This document shows, in pieces, positions 9,064 through 17,631 of a DNA stretch of 38,134 nt. A program made the translations under genes and the position numbers. The DNA is from an uncultured bacterium (GTDB lineage Bacteria > Patescibacteriota > Minisyncoccia > Phycocordibacterales > PALSA-1337), in NCBI GenBank assembly GCA_903902315.1, contig CAIUUK010000043.1:1-38134 (forward strand). The letters are read 5' to 3'. The notes below the pieces were generated by a model, which worked only from the letters and a program-made list of their open reading frames with translations, did no database searches and was not told the DNA's origin. Position 1 is the stretch's first letter, and each line of letters begins with the position of its first letter.

Positions 9064-9652
9064 AGCGGACAAACTGATACTTTGCATCGCGCGGGTTACC
9101 CGCGCGTGCAAGGCGACCTTTCACTACTAATTTAACTAGATATCTTGTCGCAGTCGCATCAGACACATACAGAAGTTTCTGAACATCGTCATTCGTAATA
9201 ATTTTCTTCTTTTGAGCAAACACCATGATCTTATCTAACTTCCTCTGTTTATTGAATTGGATATTAGCTTGAGCTTTGATGAGTAGGCTTTTAACAAATC
9301 CTGTTTGATTAAATTGCGCCGACGATTGCGTTTGCGGTGCTTGCGGAGTCAGTGGCGTCGGCGCAGACGGTGATGAAATTTCGCCCGCAGAAACAGTATT
9401 TTCAGGCTCTTTTTGAACTTCCGATATACTGCTTTTTGCCGTATTTACCACACCATTTTGATCTTCTACAGGAATAGGGGTTGGGGCGTTTATAGGCAAT
9501 TCTGGGGCTTCAGGTGGCAAATCGGTAGATGTAGAGCTATTTGGCTGACTAGTTGACTCGGAAACTAGTTTTTCCACCTCATTTGCTTGAGAATCCGCTG
9601 ATACCGTTGGTATTATGGGCGCCACATCTTGTTGTATCTCATCAGGTTGCAT
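9062..9652 (-). CDS. Protein with disordered Pro/Ser/Gln-rich N-terminus and C-terminal DeoR-like winged HTH
   Basis: ITNDDVQKLLYVSDATATRYLVKLVVKG...AKY. Confidence 0.7.
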   Translation of the reverse strand: MQPDEIQQDVAPIIPTVSADSQANEVEKLVSESTSQPNSSTSTDLPPEAPELPINAPTPIPVEDQNGVVNTAKSSISEVQKEPENTVSAGEISSPSAPTPLTPQAPQTQSSAQFNQTGFVKSLLIKAQANIQFNKQRKLDKIMVFAQKKKIITNDDVQKLLYVSDATATRYLVKLVVKGRLARAGNPRDAKYQFVR

Positions 9653-9762
9653 AGAAATATTTTAACACGTTTTGCACAACTTAATTTTGCAAGTAAAACC
9701 ACCATTTTACATATATTCTTGATGATCAAATTTCTTCCTTGCAAATCGACCTGCAAGCAAAA

Positions 9763-9947
9763 CTATACCTTCGGTTTGAAATCCTCCGCATTAGAAAGCT
9801 TGTATCTGATGAATTTTGATGATCCTCCTTCTGGTTCTATTTTCAACAACAATCCTTGAGCATCTCTTGAAAAAAAAGATCATTCTGTTGTTTCTTTCCT
9901 TGAGAAAATCCGCCATGCAAGATAAATTTAGTTTTAGTCTTTGTCAT
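9763..9947 (-). pseudogene. Chimeric gene scar: 5' fragment of a peptidase S51-like gene joined out of frame to a 3' winged-helix-like tail
   Basis: 9843-9947 MTKTKTKFILHGGFSQGKKQQNDLFFQEMLKDCC*; 9763-9855 in another frame GLLLKIEPEGGSSKFIRYKLSNAEDFKPKV*. Confidence 0.4.
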
Positions 9948-9948
9948 A

Positions 9949-10284
9949 TTAAAATAATTTTCCGCCAATGATCGCGGTTTGCTTATCAGGCGTAACCAAT
10001 ATCACTTTTCCATCTTTATCAGGTACCCCAAGTGTAAGCACCTCTGATTCAAAAGGACCTATTTTACGAGGAGGAAAATTTACCACACCAAGTACAAGTT
10101 TTCCGACAAGTTCTTCTTTCTTATACAGTGACACAATCTGAACTGAAGAATTTTTGACGCCAACCTCTGCACCAAAATATATTTTAAGCTTATATGCAGG
10201 TTTTCTGGCTTCAGGAAAATCATTCACTTCAATAATCTTACCTACTCTAATATCTAATTTTTGAAAGTCTTCAATGGTTGCCAT
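9949..10284 (-). CDS. csaA: CsaA tRNA-binding/export chaperone (OB fold)
   Basis: DFQKLDIRVGKI, ARKPAYKL, VVNFPPRKIGPFESEVLTLG. Confidence 0.92.
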   Translation of the reverse strand: MATIEDFQKLDIRVGKIIEVNDFPEARKPAYKLKIYFGAEVGVKNSSVQIVSLYKKEELVGKLVLGVVNFPPRKIGPFESEVLTLGVPDKDGKVILVTPDKQTAIIGGKLF

Positions 10285-10288
10285 TTTA

Positions 10289-10942
10289 TTAATTTAAAGC
10301 CACATATTTACCTTCGCTAATTACATCAATGTTACCATCGACAACCTTTAGGGCCGATTGATCATCAAGTGCATATATTTTTCGTGTCAGTGTCTTAGCA
10401 ACTTCCCTTGCCTTCTCTTCCATACGATTTGGAAAGAATGGCGAGTTTAAGTGTGGAAGAAAATAGAAATCAACATAATTCAATCCGTCCATAGGATTTT
10501 CTTCCATATCATCTCCATAAATTATCTGGGATAGTCTCAATGCAAGATCAGGATTAGTAACCATACTGCCAGCACTTGATCCGGCATACACCTTTGTCTT
10601 GAGTAACTCGGGAAGAATTTTTGCGAGGCCTGATTTATTTATCCACTTCATGAGGTGATATGTGTTACCTCCATTGAAAAACAAAACATCTGCCTCTTCT
10701 AGTTGAGGCTTCCAGATGTCTTCTGGAACGGCAGAGATATCAACAATACTTACCGACTTGAAACCTTGTTTATGGATATTATTGAGATCATTAATGAACC
10801 ACTCCTTATCTCCAGTCTCGACATTTGAGGCTGTGGGTATAAAAGCGACACTGGTATCGGCAGGCTTTTTTCCGACCAAATCAAAAAGTGCTTCTGAGAT
10901 TAATTTATTGGTTAGCCCTGATGACGTAAGAAGTAGTTTCAT
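10289..10942 (-). CDS. Peptidase S51 (peptidase E) family
   Basis: MKLLLTSSG, FIPTA, GGNTYHL, GSSAGS nucleophile, LPH. Confidence 0.88.
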   Translation of the reverse strand: MKLLLTSSGLTNKLISEALFDLVGKKPADTSVAFIPTASNVETGDKEWFINDLNNIHKQGFKSVSIVDISAVPEDIWKPQLEEADVLFFNGGNTYHLMKWINKSGLAKILPELLKTKVYAGSSAGSMVTNPDLALRLSQIIYGDDMEENPMDGLNYVDFYFLPHLNSPFFPNRMEEKAREVAKTLTRKIYALDDQSALKVVDGNIDVISEGKYVALN

Positions 10943-10949
10943 AATACAA

Positions 10950-11666
10950 TTATAACATGTTCAGTAAATCATCTTTCCACCCACGTCTTTCTGGCGTACT
11001 TAAGAATAACTCAGATGGACAAGTTGTTTTCAGATTAATTTCACAATGACCAAATATTCTGTCTTTTGAAACTTGAGGATAATTATTTTTAATTAGACCA
11101 GCAACAACCTCTAGTTCTTTCTTATCTGGTGCGGAATACTCATGATCATCATCAATGCAAATAGCTATACTTCTACAATTTATATCCCATTTACCAGCCT
11201 GCCAACCAATTTCATTGTCATTCAGTAACCGATCACACGTGCCATCTGCACGGATTATCCAGTGATATGGCCAAAACACTTGCTCCCCATTACGTATATG
11301 ATCAGAGTAAATAGGCTCTCTTTTTTTACGTTTTGCGTAAGCTGGTGCATATAGACGTACAAGCTCAATTGCCGATAATCGCTCTTTCGAAAGCCCTTCC
11401 GGGTTACTAGTATGGTGTATAATAATTGTATCTATAGGCTTTCGTTCTTGATTCCATTTTTTTCCACTTATTCCGAGAGCAACTTTGCCCTCTCTTAATT
11501 TTTCTTCAAAAAAAGAATATACAACATCTTTCAGTTTATTAACCTCGGTCTTATCATGAGAGCGTAAGACATTCAAAGCTTCAATTATTTGTGGTACCTC
11601 ATCATACCAAAAAGGATTTTGGATTTTCTTTTCCCATTCTATTATGTCAAATAATTTTATAGTCAT
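10950..11666 (-). CDS. N-acetylmuramoyl-L-alanine amidase (Amidase_2/PGRP-like)
   Basis: IIIHHT, YHWII..DG, GWQAG..N..SIAIC, GH.....TTCP zinc ligands. Confidence 0.82.
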   Translation of the reverse strand: MTIKLFDIIEWEKKIQNPFWYDEVPQIIEALNVLRSHDKTEVNKLKDVVYSFFEEKLREGKVALGISGKKWNQERKPIDTIIIHHTSNPEGLSKERLSAIELVRLYAPAYAKRKKREPIYSDHIRNGEQVFWPYHWIIRADGTCDRLLNDNEIGWQAGKWDINCRSIAICIDDDHEYSAPDKKELEVVAGLIKNNYPQVSKDRIFGHCEINLKTTCPSELFLSTPERRGWKDDLLNML

Positions 11667-11984
11667 TTAATTATCTAGCGAATAAACATCTAAAGCAACC
11701 TCTTCATATGGATGCGCCGACTTAATAGCATTGATCACATCATCAACTAGATAAGCTTTGCATATTACCTCAATTCTATCTTCTTCTACAGATTCAAGAT
11801 TACCAACTTTCCCTATATGTGGATTAGCACCTGCTTCTGGCTTAAATCTACCAGTTCCACGAATAGAAAACGAACAAAATGAGTATTTACCTAGTTGTCC
11901 AGCACCTGCATTACCAATAGCTTCTCGTACTTGGTCCGCATGTGATAGTGGAACATAGACTACAATTTTTTTATTCTTAACCAT
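11667..11984 (-). CDS. YqfO/NIF3 PII-like domain protein
   Basis: AGAGQLGKYSFCSF...GTGRFKP..GANPHIG, HPYEEVA. Confidence 0.88.
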   Translation of the reverse strand: MVKNKKIVVYVPLSHADQVREAIGNAGAGQLGKYSFCSFSIRGTGRFKPEAGANPHIGKVGNLESVEEDRIEVICKAYLVDDVINAIKSAHPYEEVALDVYSLDN

Positions 11985-12058
11985 ATAGCTATTCTACTCG
12001 AAAATTTACTTCTTAGAAACCATATACACCAATATAAATTACCTGATTACTACCAATA

Positions 12059-12098
12059 GTTCGAATCTCTGACCCATCGAGGTGTAAGAGATTTGAAC
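12059..12098. repeat. Hairpin of two inverted tRNA T-arm-like halves; right half repeats 15 bp of tRNA-Ser
   Basis: GTAAGAGATTTGAAC at 12084-12098 is identical to 12166-12180; left arm GTTCGAATCTCTGAC. Confidence 0.7.
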
Positions 12099-12156
12099 CA
12101 ACTTCAGAGAATGGCTATAAATATAGGCTCTCGAGTCTACCGATACTAAAAACTGT

Positions 12157-12246
12157 TGGCGGAGGGTAAGAGATTTGAACTCTTGATACCCGTTAAGGTA
12201 TGCCACCTTTCCAAGGTGGTGCACTAGACCACTATGCGAACCCTCC
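12157..12246 (-). tRNA. tRNA-Ser(GGA) with long variable arm and encoded CCA
   Basis: GGAGGGT acceptor stem, CCACC-TTGGAAA-GGTGG anticodon arm, GTTCAAAT T-loop, ends GCCA. Confidence 0.96.
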
Positions 12247-12287
12247 ATACATATATAGATTACTTGTTATAAATTAAATACACAACT

Positions 12288-12548
12288 TTATCGATAGACG
12301 CTGTGATCACCAATTTTCAAAAAGCGAACCCCTCCTCTATCAGCATAAGTAAAGACGATTCGCATTGTGTAATCAACAGAAAAGGAAAAGTAGTCGGCCA
12401 ATTGACCCTTGAGTTTATGTGTCCTCAATGAAGAATGTTTTTGATTCTCAATAAATAAATCAATCTTCTTTAGTGCATGATCACCAGTCTTTTTGTCTAA
12501 CCGCTCGAATTGTTTAACAAAACCTGGAGAATAAACGATCTTAAGCAT
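12288..12548 (-). CDS. Type II TA toxin, RelE/YafQ-like mRNA interferase
   Basis: IVYSPGFVKQF, LRTHKLKGQL, SFSVDYTMRIVF, IGDHSVY; overlaps the antitoxin. Confidence 0.85.
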   Translation of the reverse strand: MLKIVYSPGFVKQFERLDKKTGDHALKKIDLFIENQKHSSLRTHKLKGQLADYFSFSVDYTMRIVFTYADRGGVRFLKIGDHSVYR

Positions 12549-12768
12549 GCTTCTTCTTTTTTAAGATCTCTTTTAGATCACCAGTATAAAATAATCCGTT
12601 ATCAATATCTTTAGAGGCTTGTAATATTTCATCGATTTCCCACTGCTCCTGCAGCTTTCTAACAGCCTTACGTATAGCCTGAGCACGATTCTCTACATCT
12701 CCTACAGAAATCATGTTGTCTATAAATTTTATGAGTTCTGTGGGCATTGGCACTGATATTGTAGTCAT
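12541..12768 (-). CDS. Ribbon-helix-helix antitoxin (CopG/ParD-like)
   Basis: TTISVPM...NRAQAIRKAVR, acidic C-terminal half; immediately upstream of the toxin. Confidence 0.8.
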   Translation of the reverse strand: MTTISVPMPTELIKFIDNMISVGDVENRAQAIRKAVRKLQEQWEIDEILQASKDIDNGLFYTGDLKEILKKKKHA

Positions 12769-12779
12769 AATTTATATAT

Positions 12780-12826
12780 ATTATCTTATATGACATAATA
12801 ATACATTATCATATATCTGAAATCAA
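12780..12826 (-). promoter_or_regulatory. TA promoter (TTGATT-N17-TATTAT) with putative operator repeats
   Basis: -35 at 12821-12826, -10 at 12798-12803; 12-bp repeats ATTATC(T/A)TATAT at 12780-12791 and 12805-12816. Confidence 0.55.
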
Positions 12827-12841
12827 TACTACCTCTTTGTG

Positions 12842-12907
12842 AAAATTTTATCGTTTCTTTAGCAAAATTTGATCATTTCTTTATCAAAATTTTATCAGTT
12901 CTTTATC
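12842..12907 (+). repeat. Three tandem 22-bp units (six 11-bp half-units with TTTATC-like core)
   Basis: AAAATTTTATCGTTTCTTTAGC / AAAATTTGATCATTTCTTTATC / AAAATTTTATCAGTTCTTTATC. Confidence 0.85.
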
Positions 12908-12928
12908 GCCATCATTTATCCTATATGC

Positions 12929-14005
12929 ATGATCAATATAAACATAGATACATTTCATGCTCATCCACCAATCCACATCATGGCCAGTTATTCCATATCT
13001 CCGCAAGGACTAACTCCGTCAGAAGTTAAAAACGCTTATCACTTACCAACAACTGGTGGATCTGGAACTATTGCTATAGTTGACGCTTTCAATAGTCAAA
13101 CTATAGAAAACGACCTTGGCGTTTTCAGTAAACAATTTTCTTTACCAGCTTGCACTACGAAAAATAAATGCTTAGAAATCCACGAGATGAACACAAAATC
13201 AAAAAGTGACTCTGGTTGGTCTACAGAAACGGCTTTGGATGTTGAATGGGCTCACGCCATAGCTCCACAATCAAAAATTCTACTAATAGAAGCTAGTAGT
13301 GACAGTGGTACAAATCTTTTAAAAGCTGTCGATTATGCTGTATCCAGAAAAGACGTAGTTAGCCTATCCATGAGTTGGGGTGGCGATGAATTCAAAGGCG
13401 AGACAGATCTAGATAAACATTTTGTTAGCTCATCGGCCTCACACCCAATATCCTTTTTTGCCTCGTCGGGTGATGATGGTACTGGAGCAAGTTGGCCAGC
13501 CGTATCACCTAATGTCATAGCAGTAGGTGGAACCAGCCTAAACATAAGTAACAATGGGTTATTTATCTCTGAAAAAGCGTGGACTGGAAGCGGTGGAGGT
13601 GCCAGTCTTTATGAAAATGAACCGACTTATCAGGTCTCATATTCTATCCCACGGACAAATGGCAAAAGAGCTATACCTGATGTCTCCTTTGCGGCAGACC
13701 CTGTTCATGGTTTCTCTGTTTACCAAGGCAAAAGATGGTCAATAGTAGGAGGTACTTCAGCTGGTGCACCACAATGGGCTGCCATAGCCTCACTTTCTAC
13801 AGGTTCAAAAAAATCTATACAAAATACTACTAGTGCTGGGATAACATCTGCAAAATTATATACAGATAAAACAAATATTCTTAACAATTTATTTTTCCGA
13901 GATATTGTCAGTGGAAAAAACGGCACCTGTACTTATTATTGCCAAGCCAGAACCAGATACGATTATGTAACTGGTCTTGGATCACCTCTCACCTATTTGT
14001 TTTAA
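12929..14005 (+). CDS. Peptidase S53 (sedolisin-like) catalytic domain
   Basis: ETALDVE, ASSGDDG, PDVS, GGTSAGAP, YDYVTGLGSP; start uncertain (ATG 12926/12929 preferred over TTG 12869, which lies inside the repeat). Confidence 0.88.
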   Translation: MININIDTFHAHPPIHIMASYSISPQGLTPSEVKNAYHLPTTGGSGTIAIVDAFNSQTIENDLGVFSKQFSLPACTTKNKCLEIHEMNTKSKSDSGWSTETALDVEWAHAIAPQSKILLIEASSDSGTNLLKAVDYAVSRKDVVSLSMSWGGDEFKGETDLDKHFVSSSASHPISFFASSGDDGTGASWPAVSPNVIAVGGTSLNISNNGLFISEKAWTGSGGGASLYENEPTYQVSYSIPRTNGKRAIPDVSFAADPVHGFSVYQGKRWSIVGGTSAGAPQWAAIASLSTGSKKSIQNTTSAGITSAKLYTDKTNILNNLFFRDIVSGKNGTCTYYCQARTRYDYVTGLGSPLTYLF

Positions 14006-14019
14006 CTACTTTTTTCAGT

Positions 14020-14706
14020 CTATTTTACTGTACTTTCATCTTGACCAGCTGGAGTTGTAACCACACCAAATGATTTAACCATAGTTGTAAAATCATTATC
14101 TGATGAAGTTGTTATAGCTTTGTTGTTATTCTGAGCCTGGATAACATTTGAACCAGTTAGACCTTTAGTTGAAGGCGCGAGAGCTATAGAAGCAAATGAA
14201 AAGATGTAACATACATCACCTTGCTGAAGTGAATACATGTGATTAAAATAAACACGACCTTGAACTGTATTACTCATAGTAATTGAGTTGAATATATTTG
14301 TACCAACTTTTACACTACTACGACTTTGAATTGTCGTAACTGGTGGAAAAGCACAAGTTCCTGAAAAAGCTTGGATGTTTGCTTGGAGTGTAGCCACTGT
14401 TGAAACCTGTGTCTGATCAACTGGAATAACGAAAGTAACACCAGCATTTGCTTCTTCCTTTTCCCATGTACTAGGATAATTTACAGAAAAACCAAGCTCA
14501 GCATTTTGGTATTGAGAAACTGATCCAGAAACCTTTGTTGTCTCTGATACGGCTACAGGAGTACCTGGTTGTGCGACACTAGTTGGAGATGAGACTCCAC
14601 TGTTGTCAATTGGTGCTGGTGTACCACCTCTGCGCATCCACACGCCGACCAAAATAATAATAACAATGACAATAATACCTATAATAATATTCTTGATTGA
14701 TTTCAT
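14020..14706 (-). CDS. Membrane-anchored exported protein (PsbP-like fold suspected)
   Basis: N-terminal TM; YQNAELGFSVNYP; two Cys; C-terminal MVKSF. Confidence 0.6.
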   Translation of the reverse strand: MKSIKNIIIGIIVIVIIILVGVWMRRGGTPAPIDNSGVSSPTSVAQPGTPVAVSETTKVSGSVSQYQNAELGFSVNYPSTWEKEEANAGVTFVIPVDQTQVSTVATLQANIQAFSGTCAFPPVTTIQSRSSVKVGTNIFNSITMSNTVQGRVYFNHMYSLQQGDVCYIFSFASIALAPSTKGLTGSNVIQAQNNNKAITTSSDNDFTTMVKSFGVVTTPAGQDESTVK

Positions 14707-14768
14707 AATAATTAGAATGAATTAAGTAAGCTTATGAGTAAACTAATAATCTGCGTGATTATAATAGA

Positions 14769-15473
14769 CTAATATACCACAACCTTAAAGCTATTGACCA
14801 TACCCTCAAAAACACTCAAAACTGCCTCCAAATCAGTCTGATGTTGTGCGTCATACCTTGCAATCAAAGACTGATCACCAACATACAAACCTGCACCATT
14901 TGAACCATGATCAAGTAAATCGATATGATAACAATAACTTCCAGATGTCATATCATATGCCAATTCCCTGTAAATATTACCAGCGGCCACATCACCCCCT
15001 TCCTGTCTATTAAATGTATAACCATTCGCTGTAACGGTTGCCAATTTTGCATTTATTACATCTGGACATGTTGAGGACGCGACTACACTTATCTTTACAT
15101 CATCCAATAGTGGCCAATGAAAATATTTATCTTTTGGAAAAGCTACTATCAATGTTCCAGGTGTTCCAGTGTTAATAACTAGATCTTTTGGATATTGAAT
15201 ACTGTAACCAAGTTCATTGTCTGTATATGTCGTCCATAAAGTCGTGCCTATGGTCGAAGTTGCAGGATCGAGTTGAGACATGTCTGTCAATCCAAAATAA
15301 TCAGGCGAAGAGCTCGCAGAATCAACCACTTCACCCACCGATGAAGATGCCAGAAGTTGTGGTGGTAAGGCTACATGTCTAGTATAAGTAAAATTAACCG
15401 CAAACTGATACAAGAAAGCTACGAGTATACCTAAAACTATCAAACAAAGAACATAGATTATAATTTTTCGCAT
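14769..15473 (-). CDS. Membrane-anchored exported protein, distant paralog of 14020-14706
   Basis: N-terminal TM; YTDNELGYSIQYP, TCP, CY, MVNSF; start at ATG 15473 (TACAAT 7 nt upstream). Confidence 0.6.
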   Translation of the reverse strand: MRKIIIYVLCLIVLGILVAFLYQFAVNFTYTRHVALPPQLLASSSVGEVVDSASSSPDYFGLTDMSQLDPATSTIGTTLWTTYTDNELGYSIQYPKDLVINTGTPGTLIVAFPKDKYFHWPLLDDVKISVVASSTCPDVINAKLATVTANGYTFNRQEGGDVAAGNIYRELAYDMTSGSYCYHIDLLDHGSNGAGLYVGDQSLIARYDAQHQTDLEAVLSVFEGMVNSFKVVVY

Positions 15474-15555
15474 AAATAACATTGTAGCATGTCTTCTGAC
15501 ATGAGCCTGTTCACAATCTTGCACCAGAAGTTCTCATATGCTATATTGTCATGCA

Positions 15556-15777
15556 ATGAAGTCTCTCCTACCTTATATCCAGATATTGCTGTCCGTATTT
15601 TTAATTGCAGTTATCCTTATTCAACGCACTGGCGCACAAGTTGGTGGCGCTTTTGGTGGTAGTGATAACCTAAGTTCTGCATATCACACCCGTAGAGGTC
15701 TGGAAAAGTGGCTCTTCATTGGCACAGTTATCATCGCTATCCTATTTGCTGTTTCAGCTTTGATCAACCTTATCTAG
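15556..15777 (+). CDS. secG: Preprotein translocase subunit SecG
   Basis: Two TMs; ILIQ..GA.VGGAFGG...TRRGLEK. Confidence 0.92.
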   Translation: MKSLLPYIQILLSVFLIAVILIQRTGAQVGGAFGGSDNLSSAYHTRRGLEKWLFIGTVIIAILFAVSALINLI

Positions 15778-15799
15778 TTTTTTATTCCTAATCACTTCC

Positions 15800-17575
15800 G
15801 TGATTGAACAACCCCAAAAAGAGTTCCGTCTAAAACGCGGCGATCATATATTGAATTACATATCAAAATTCTCAGCAACAGAGAGGGCTATTTTTAGTGC
15901 ATTTGTCATAATTACTTGTATATCAGCCGTCCTTTTAACTATCAAAGCTAGTGACTTATTTAAAACTGAGATACCAGCCGTTGGTGGCGAACTTCGTGAA
16001 GGTGAAATTGGTCTACCTCGTACAATCAACCCAGTACTTGCTGTTTCAGATACAGATCATGACATTTCAGCTCTAGCTTACACAGGTCTTACCAGATATG
16101 AACATGGCTCATTTGTATCAGACCTCGCATCAACATGGACCATTTCAACTGATGGTTTAACATACGATTTTATTCTTAAACCTCATATAAAATTCCAAGA
16201 TAACAATCCTTTAACCACTGATGATGTCGCTTTTACTATTCAAAAAATTCAAGATCCAGCTCTCAAAAGTCCTCACCAAGCAGATTGGGCAAATGTAACA
16301 GTCAAAGTAATTTCTTCAACAGAAATTCAATTCATACTCAAACAACCGTACAGTGGTTTTTTGGCCAACACTACTATCGGTATCATTCCTAAACATATTT
16401 GGGGTGGAGTTAGTGATGATCAATTCATCTTCAGTCAATACAACATAAATCCAATAGGATCTGGCCCATACAAAATTTCATCTATCAACAGAGATTCTAG
16501 TGGTATACCAACTTCATATAATCTTGAACTTTGGAATGGTTACTACGGACTCCATCCTTTTATAAAGGTGATCTCTTTCTATTTCTATTCAAATCAAGAC
16601 AAAGCTCTTTTGGCTCTAAACGGTGGATACATAGATTGTGTTCCTTCAATTAATCCATCTGTAGCATACAAGCTCGCTTCAAATACTGCAGAAAGTTACA
16701 CAGTGCTCGATGCTCCTCTACCCAGAATCTTTGGCGTATTTTTCAATCAAAATCAATCAACTGTTCTGGCTGATCCAATAGTTCGTACTGCTCTCGATAT
16801 GGCTACAGACAGAAACGCTATAGTAAAAGAAATACTTTATGGTTACGGTATACCAGATCATGGACCAATTCCATCACAATTACTTTCTGATATAAATCAA
16901 AACAATCACACAATTTCAACAACTTCATCAGAGAATAATTCTGCAGATATTTCAGGAGCCCAGATTTTACTTGAAAAAAATGGTTGGAAAAAGAACCAAA
17001 ATGGTATATATGAAAAAAAGCCATCAAAAACGAAAACAGCTTCGACCACCCTTTCATTTGATATATATACTGCTGATTCACCTGATCTAGTCGCCACTGC
17101 AAAAATGCTAAAAGACCAGTGGAGTAAAATTGGTGTGCAAATAGATGTTCAGATATTTGATTCTTCAGATTTGTATCAAAACATAATTCGTCCTCGTAAA
17201 TACGATGCATTACTCTTTGGTGAACAAATCGGCAAAGATCGTGACTTATACGCCTTCTGGCATTCTTCACAAAGAAACGCTCCAGGACTAAATGTTGCTC
17301 AGTATTCAAATAGTAAAGTTGATGCTCTCCTTTCTGATATTCGTTCAACAATCAGTACAACAACCCTTTCCTCAGATTATACAAAACTTGATCAATCTAT
17401 TCGTGCTGATATGCCGGCTATATTTCTATATTCTCCTGATTTTATATATGCAGTACCAAAAGCTCTCAATGGTATTCACATAGATTCAATCGTCACACCA
17501 AGTGATCATTGGAATACAGTATCAGATTGGTATATCGAAACAGAAAAAGTATGGAACATTTTTACAAGAAATTAA
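15800..17575 (+). CDS. Peptide/nickel-type ABC substrate-binding protein (family 5) with N-terminal membrane anchor
   Basis: INPVLA, DLASTW.IS.DGLTYDF.L, DDVAFT, PIGSGPYK, YAFWHSSQ. Confidence 0.88.
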   Translation: MIEQPQKEFRLKRGDHILNYISKFSATERAIFSAFVIITCISAVLLTIKASDLFKTEIPAVGGELREGEIGLPRTINPVLAVSDTDHDISALAYTGLTRYEHGSFVSDLASTWTISTDGLTYDFILKPHIKFQDNNPLTTDDVAFTIQKIQDPALKSPHQADWANVTVKVISSTEIQFILKQPYSGFLANTTIGIIPKHIWGGVSDDQFIFSQYNINPIGSGPYKISSINRDSSGIPTSYNLELWNGYYGLHPFIKVISFYFYSNQDKALLALNGGYIDCVPSINPSVAYKLASNTAESYTVLDAPLPRIFGVFFNQNQSTVLADPIVRTALDMATDRNAIVKEILYGYGIPDHGPIPSQLLSDINQNNHTISTTSSENNSADISGAQILLEKNGWKKNQNGIYEKKPSKTKTASTTLSFDIYTADSPDLVATAKMLKDQWSKIGVQIDVQIFDSSDLYQNIIRPRKYDALLFGEQIGKDRDLYAFWHSSQRNAPGLNVAQYSNSKVDALLSDIRSTISTTTLSSDYTKLDQSIRADMPAIFLYSPDFIYAVPKALNGIHIDSIVTPSDHWNTVSDWYIETEKVWNIFTRN

Positions 17576-17631
17576 ACTGACAAAAATAATTATTAACATT
17601 ATAGATCTTAAGATTTTATAGACCAACAAAA

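Noticed and set aside
9629-9859. 76-aa plus-strand ORF
   Set aside because: Antisense to recognisable minus-strand fragments; no motif
12039-12248. 69-aa ORF
   Set aside because: Overlaps tRNA-Ser entirely
8640-12830. Intact prophage or ICE at tRNA-Ser
   Set aside because: No integrase, phage structural or relaxase gene, and no distal att copy seen
12842-12907. CRISPR array
   Set aside because: Repeats are contiguous with no spacers and there are no cas genes
16818-17351. 177-aa antisense ORF and other ORFs nested in long genes
   Set aside because: Shadow ORFs of well-supported genes with no recognisable motifs
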